A stretch of 64,000 bases of DNA from Parvularculaceae bacterium. Lineage in GTDB: Bacteria > Pseudomonadota > Alphaproteobacteria > Caulobacterales > Parvularculaceae. This document shows, piece by piece, positions 60,009-64,000 of the stretch. Numbering within the stretch: position 1 is the stretch's first letter; the number at the start of each line of letters is the position of its first letter. The notes beneath the pieces were generated by a model. That model saw nothing but the letters and a program-made list of their open reading frames with translations. It had not been told where the DNA came from and searched no databases. The stretch spans positions 85,893-149,892 of the forward strand of contig JANQMJ010000021.1 in assembly GCA_028280115.1 (NCBI GenBank). The letters are read 5' to 3'. The position numbers and the translations under genes were made by a program.

Positions 60009-60530
60009 GTGAGCGGAGTTAAGAATATGTATGGTAACGTTGCGTTTCAAATCGTGAAAATCGTCGCCGCCTGGTTCGTTGTTGCGGCGATGATCGGCCA
60101 GGCGCAGGCCAAAAAGGAAATCAAGGCGGATTTCGATTTCGAGCATGTAAGCTGCAATGGCGGCGAAAACGAAATCCGTCTGGTCATAACCGACGTCAAG
60201 CACGCTGTCGGTCTGATGGCGGCCGACCTCTATCCCAATAAGGAGGAGGGATTTCTCAAACGGACCGGGCGCATCAAGCAGGTGAAATTCGCCGCCAAAT
60301 CGCCGGTCACCTCATTTTGTCTCACTACGCCCGGGCCTGGCGACTATGCGATAGCCGTCTATCAGGACGTGAACGCCAATGGCCGTTTTGACAAAAGCGC
60401 GTTCGGCCTGCCCAATGAACCGTGGGGTCTTTCGCAAAATCCCAAAGTCCGGTTCAGGCCCCCTCTTGTCGAAGAGATGATCTTTCCGGTCCCCGCCGAA
60501 GGCGCGAACATCGCGATCCGGCTGCGCTAG
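60009..60530 (+). CDS. DUF2141 domain-containing secreted protein
   Basis: Signal peptide (the ATG at 60027 gives MYGNVAFQIVKIVAAWFVVAAMIGQAQA). DVNANGRFDKSAFGLPNEPWGLSQNP is a DUF2141 signature. Confidence 0.75.
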   Translation: MSGVKNMYGNVAFQIVKIVAAWFVVAAMIGQAQAKKEIKADFDFEHVSCNGGENEIRLVITDVKHAVGLMAADLYPNKEEGFLKRTGRIKQVKFAAKSPVTSFCLTTPGPGDYAIAVYQDVNANGRFDKSAFGLPNEPWGLSQNPKVRFRPPLVEEMIFPVPAEGANIAIRLR

Positions 60531-60616
60531 GATCGGGCGTTGGGGCGTGCGCCGTTTCTTTTTGGCGCATTTGCGCCTATGCCGTTTCAAGATGAAACAC
60601 GCCGCAAAGCCCGCCC

Positions 60617-61762
60617 ATGATTCAATCGGCCCTTGAAATACGTCCGGTCGAAACCGCTCGCGACCGCACGACATTTATTCGCCTTCCCAGCCAGCTTTAC
60701 GCCGACGATCCGAATTACATCGCGCCCCTGGAATTCGAACTGGCCGCACGGCTTGATGCGGCGAAAAATCCCGAGCTGAAATCTTCTCCCCACCAATTGT
60801 GGATCGCCTACCGGAATGGCCAGCCCGTGGGCCGCATCGCCGCGATCGTCAACCAGTCCCACCAGGCGCTTTATCAAGACGAAGCGGGCCACTTCGGCTT
60901 TATCGAGGGCGAAAACGACGCCGAACTCTTCGGCCTGCTGACCGAAACGGCGGCGGGATGGTTGCGCGAGCGCGGCATGAAAAAGATCGCCGGGCCGTTC
61001 AATTTTTCCGTCAACGAGGAGTGCGGCCTGCTTGTCGACGGGTTCGATACGCCGCCTTATTTCATGATGCCCCATGGACGGCCTTATCACGCCGAGCGCC
61101 TTGAGGCCCTCGGCTTTGAAAAGGCGCGAGACATGTACGCTCTGCGCTACGCGATCAAGCGTGACTTCATTCCCGAAAAGCGCATGCGGTTCGTCGAAAA
61201 GGCGCTTTCACGCCCGAACATTACGATTCGAAATCTCAACACCAAGGACTTCCTCGGCGATATCCGGACGATTATCGATATTTACAACGACGCGTGGTCC
61301 GAAAATTGGGGATTTGTTCCGTTTACGGAAGAGCATGTTCGGCATATGGCGCGCGAGCTGCGGCCGATTATCGAAACGCACAACGTGGTCATCTGCTATC
61401 TCGACGGCGAACCGGTCGCTTTCGGCCTTGTCCTGCCGAACATCAACGAGGCGATCCGCGACTTCGGCGGCAAACTCCTGCCCTTTAACTGGGCCAAGCT
61501 GCTCTGGCGGCTCAAGGTCAAGGGCGTCAGCCAGGCGCGCATGCCCTTGATGGGCGTGCGCAAAAAGCTGCACGGCAAGCCCGTGGGCGCGGCGTTCGCG
61601 TATAAGGTTATCGAACTGGTCAACTCGGCCAACCTTGATCGCGGCGTTGTTGACGCCGAGTTGTCCTGGATTCTTGAAGATAATGAAGCGATGCTGACCA
61701 TGCTGCTCGATATGAGCGGCGAAATCTACAAGACCTATCGGATCTACGAAAAGCCGCTTTAG
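60617..61762 (+). CDS. GNAT-like acyltransferase, candidate bacterial ceramide synthase (bCerS-like) by context
   Basis: 381 aa. The N-terminus IRPVETARDRTTFIRLPSQLYADDPNYIAPL is typical of a widespread family of about 380-aa N-acyltransferases. The CDS itself is confident; the function is inferred from its position next to the spt cluster. Confidence 0.55.
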   Translation: MIQSALEIRPVETARDRTTFIRLPSQLYADDPNYIAPLEFELAARLDAAKNPELKSSPHQLWIAYRNGQPVGRIAAIVNQSHQALYQDEAGHFGFIEGENDAELFGLLTETAAGWLRERGMKKIAGPFNFSVNEECGLLVDGFDTPPYFMMPHGRPYHAERLEALGFEKARDMYALRYAIKRDFIPEKRMRFVEKALSRPNITIRNLNTKDFLGDIRTIIDIYNDAWSENWGFVPFTEEHVRHMARELRPIIETHNVVICYLDGEPVAFGLVLPNINEAIRDFGGKLLPFNWAKLLWRLKVKGVSQARMPLMGVRKKLHGKPVGAAFAYKVIELVNSANLDRGVVDAELSWILEDNEAMLTMLLDMSGEIYKTYRIYEKPL

Positions 61763-61764
61763 CC

Positions 61765-63228
61765 CTAACGCAAAAACGGCTCGTCAAAACTTCTGAGCTT
61801 GCGCGAATGGAGCGTGTCGGCCTTGGCTTCCTCGCGCAAAAGTTCGATGGCGTGAACGCCGATGGCGAGATGCTGGCTGACGCGGGCCTGATAGAACGCA
61901 TCCGCCATGCCCGGCAGTTTGACCTCTCCGTGCAGCGGGCGGTCGGAAACGCAAAGCAGCGTCCCGTAGGGCACGCGGTAACGATAGCCGTTGGCCGCGA
62001 TGGTCGCCGATTCCATATCGATGGCGATGGCGCGGGCCTGATTGAGCCGCACCGCGTTGCGTTCGAACTGCAGTTCCCAGTTGCGGTCGCCGGTCGTCAC
62101 CACGGTGCCGGTGCGCAGATGTTCCTTAAGCTTGGGCCCAGGGATCGCGCTTACCGTCTGCACCGCGGCGGTCAAGGCAAGTTGCACTTCAGCGAGCGTT
62201 GGCAACGGCACCGTCGGCGGCAGCACGTCGTCGAGCACGTTATCCTCGCGCAAATAGGCGTGGGCGAGCACATAATCGCCCAGCCGCTGGGTGCGCCGGA
62301 GCCCGCCGCAATGACCGATCATCAGCCAGACCTGGGAGCGCAGAACGGCGAGATGGTCGGTGATGTTTTTGGCGTTGGACGGCCCGACGCCGATATTGAC
62401 CAGCGTCACGCCCTGCTTGCCGTCCTGGGTTAAATGATAGGCGGGCATCTGCGGCGATTTGAGCGCCTCTTTCGGTGCCGGACCGCCCTTACGCGTGATG
62501 CGGCCGCCCGGTTCGATCAGCGCGGTCGCCCGGCCGGCTTCGACTTCGCCCTTGGCGTATTCGACGAACTCATCGACATAGCGTTGGTAGTTCGTAAACA
62601 GAATATAATTCTGGAAATGCTCCGGCCGCGTCGCTGTGTAATGCTGAATGCGATGGAGCGAATAATCAACCCGCTCTGCGGTGAACAGCGACAATGGGTG
62701 CGGCCCGCTGCGTTTCAAGATGAGTTGGCCGTCGACAATGTCGTCATTGGTGGCGACAAGATTGGGCGTGTGAAAATGCGTTTGCAGCGCGGCGCGCTGG
62801 GCCTGGGTGAGCGAAACCGTCGCCTCCTCGAGCGCGAAGGTCAGCGGGATCGGCGCAAAGGACCGACCGACGAATATTTCCGCCGAAAAGCGTTTCGTAA
62901 TGCGCCCGAGCTGCTCGCGCAGATAATCGGCGAAGAGGGCCGGCTGGGTGACCGTCGCGCCGTGCACGCTGGCCGCGGCGACCCGGCCCAGGGCCAGTTT
63001 GGAGGTCTGCATCGATGCTTCTGGCGGCACGCTGGCGCAAAGATAAGGATAAGTCGGCGTCTCGGCGCCTTCCGGCGCAACCGAGCCCGCCGTGAAGTCT
63101 TCGAACTGCTTGGTCAGGCGCGCAATGCCCTCATCGTAAAGGGCAATCAGGCGTTTGACGGCGGCATCCGGCGTTTTGCAGGCGACAAGGTCGCTAGCAG
63201 GCGCATCGATGGGGGGCGTGGCGGACAT
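61765..63228 (-). CDS. amn: AMP nucleosidase
   Basis: About 487 aa with a C-terminal PNP/UDP-phosphorylase-type domain (IGVGPSNAKNITDHL, DMESATIAANG). Confidence 0.9.
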   Translation of the reverse strand: MSATPPIDAPASDLVACKTPDAAVKRLIALYDEGIARLTKQFEDFTAGSVAPEGAETPTYPYLCASVPPEASMQTSKLALGRVAAASVHGATVTQPALFADYLREQLGRITKRFSAEIFVGRSFAPIPLTFALEEATVSLTQAQRAALQTHFHTPNLVATNDDIVDGQLILKRSGPHPLSLFTAERVDYSLHRIQHYTATRPEHFQNYILFTNYQRYVDEFVEYAKGEVEAGRATALIEPGGRITRKGGPAPKEALKSPQMPAYHLTQDGKQGVTLVNIGVGPSNAKNITDHLAVLRSQVWLMIGHCGGLRRTQRLGDYVLAHAYLREDNVLDDVLPPTVPLPTLAEVQLALTAAVQTVSAIPGPKLKEHLRTGTVVTTGDRNWELQFERNAVRLNQARAIAIDMESATIAANGYRYRVPYGTLLCVSDRPLHGEVKLPGMADAFYQARVSQHLAIGVHAIELLREEAKADTLHSRKLRSFDEPFLR

Positions 63229-63339
63229 GGAAAATTGAAAGCCTTTTGACCGCCTGTCATACGCCCTTTCGGGCGGAAAAGACCAGCGCCAAGGACCCGT
63301 ATACCCAAGCGGCAGGCGGGCGGCGACGCGCGCCGCCGA

Positions 63340-63567
63340 TCAAAGGCGCTCGGTTTCGTCGTCTCTTAACGTGCGGGCTTCATCGACCAGCATGATCGGC
63401 ACGCCGTCGCGGATCGGATAGGCGAGCAGCGCTTTCTTGCTGAGCAGCTCGCCTTTCTCGCGATCGTAGACCAGCGGTCCCTTGGTCTGGGGGCAGACCA
63501 AAATCTCAAGCAGCCGGGGATCAATATCGCCCGGCTGATCGGCGCGGGTTTCGGGTTCATCCGTCAT
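63340..63567 (-). CDS. Trm112-family protein
   Basis: [14 protein letters not shown]...[17 protein letters not shown]. Confidence 0.85.
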   Translation of the reverse strand: MTDEPETRADQPGDIDPRLLEILVCPQTKGPLVYDREKGELLSKKALLAYPIRDGVPIMLVDEARTLRDDETERL

Positions 63568-63606
63568 GCCGTCATCCCTATCGCGCTAAGCGGCGGGCCG
63601 CCAGCC

Positions 63607-64000
63607 CTATTGCAGATGCTGATCGCCGTTCGGTTCGTCGGCGCCGGACATTTCCATCAGCGCCATCAGACATTCGGCCCGATCGGCGACGGTTTCGGCC
63701 TCAAGGAGTGCTTGTTGTTCATTGGGCGCGAACGGACAACCCATCGCGAGCGAAACCACCAGCGCCTCGATCGGCGCGGACAGGGCCGCGTCCCAGTCGG
63801 CTTTGAGGCTTTCCGCTTCGAGATAGCGGCGCATGGCGTTCAAGAATTCCTGTCGGTCGATGGCGGCACCGGAAGGATCCTCGCGGGCGTCGGCGGGAAA
63901 GGCGTTCCAGTCGACTTGGGCCAGCCGGTACGGCGTATCGGCGCTCACCTCGCCGAGCAAGCGGAAGCGCCGCAACCCCGTAAGGGTGATCAAATAGCGC
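63607..64000 (-). CDS. LON substrate-binding (N-terminal) domain protein, C-terminal part (gene runs off the right edge)
   Basis: The open frame continues to the window end. The position upstream of trm112 and the sequence (ITLTGLRRFRLL..., ...ALMEMS) fit the stand-alone Lon N-domain proteins of Alphaproteobacteria. Confidence 0.65.
   Translation of the reverse strand, partial: RYLITLTGLRRFRLLGEVSADTPYRLAQVDWNAFPADAREDPSGAAIDRQEFLNAMRRYLEAESLKADWDAALSAPIEALVVSLAMGCPFAPNEQQALLEAETVADRAECLMALMEMSGADEPNGDQHLQ

Overview
High-GC chromosomal segment with Alphaproteobacteria-type housekeeping synteny: argG; trpF/trpB; ihfB; ubiE-ubiB; coaBC-dut; fabA-fabB-fabI; trmB-metK-XRE-lnt-corC-ybeY-phoH-miaB-fur-rimI-tsaB; maeB; hemH; hppA; amn. 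I call about 70 protein-coding genes. I saw no rRNA, tRNA, CRISPR array, transposase or integrase. Many track ORFs are GC-rich antisense or out-of-frame shadows, or are over-extended at the N-terminus, so I trimmed starts where a conserved N-terminus or RBS was visible. Main points of interest follow. (1) At 54.6-61.8 kb there is a ceramide/sphingolipid-type cluster: acyl-AMP ligase, epimerase-family reductase, dedicated ACP, serine palmitoyltransferase-like alpha-oxoamine synthase, DUF2141 and a candidate ceramide synthase, with a divergent fatty-acid hydroxylase. Two of these members have no assigned role. (2) The trp operon carries two toxin-type modules. A histidine phosphatase, a small ORF and Fic sit between trpF and trpB. 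A brnTA pair sits directly after trpB, bracketed by an 80-bp duplication of the trpB 3' end whose differences are all synonymous. trpA is not present in the window. (3) Several small AT-richer islets hold regulator modules: a membrane-anchored XRE protein, an RHH protein preceded by an iteron-like array and an 18-bp palindrome, and MarR-CPBP-serine hydrolase with a palindromic operator. (4) Families of REP/MITE-like palindromic elements occur at 17.5, 19.7-20.5 and 21.5 kb. They split the normally adjacent coaBC-dut pair. All functional calls rest on motifs I recognise by eye and on gene context; no database search was run.
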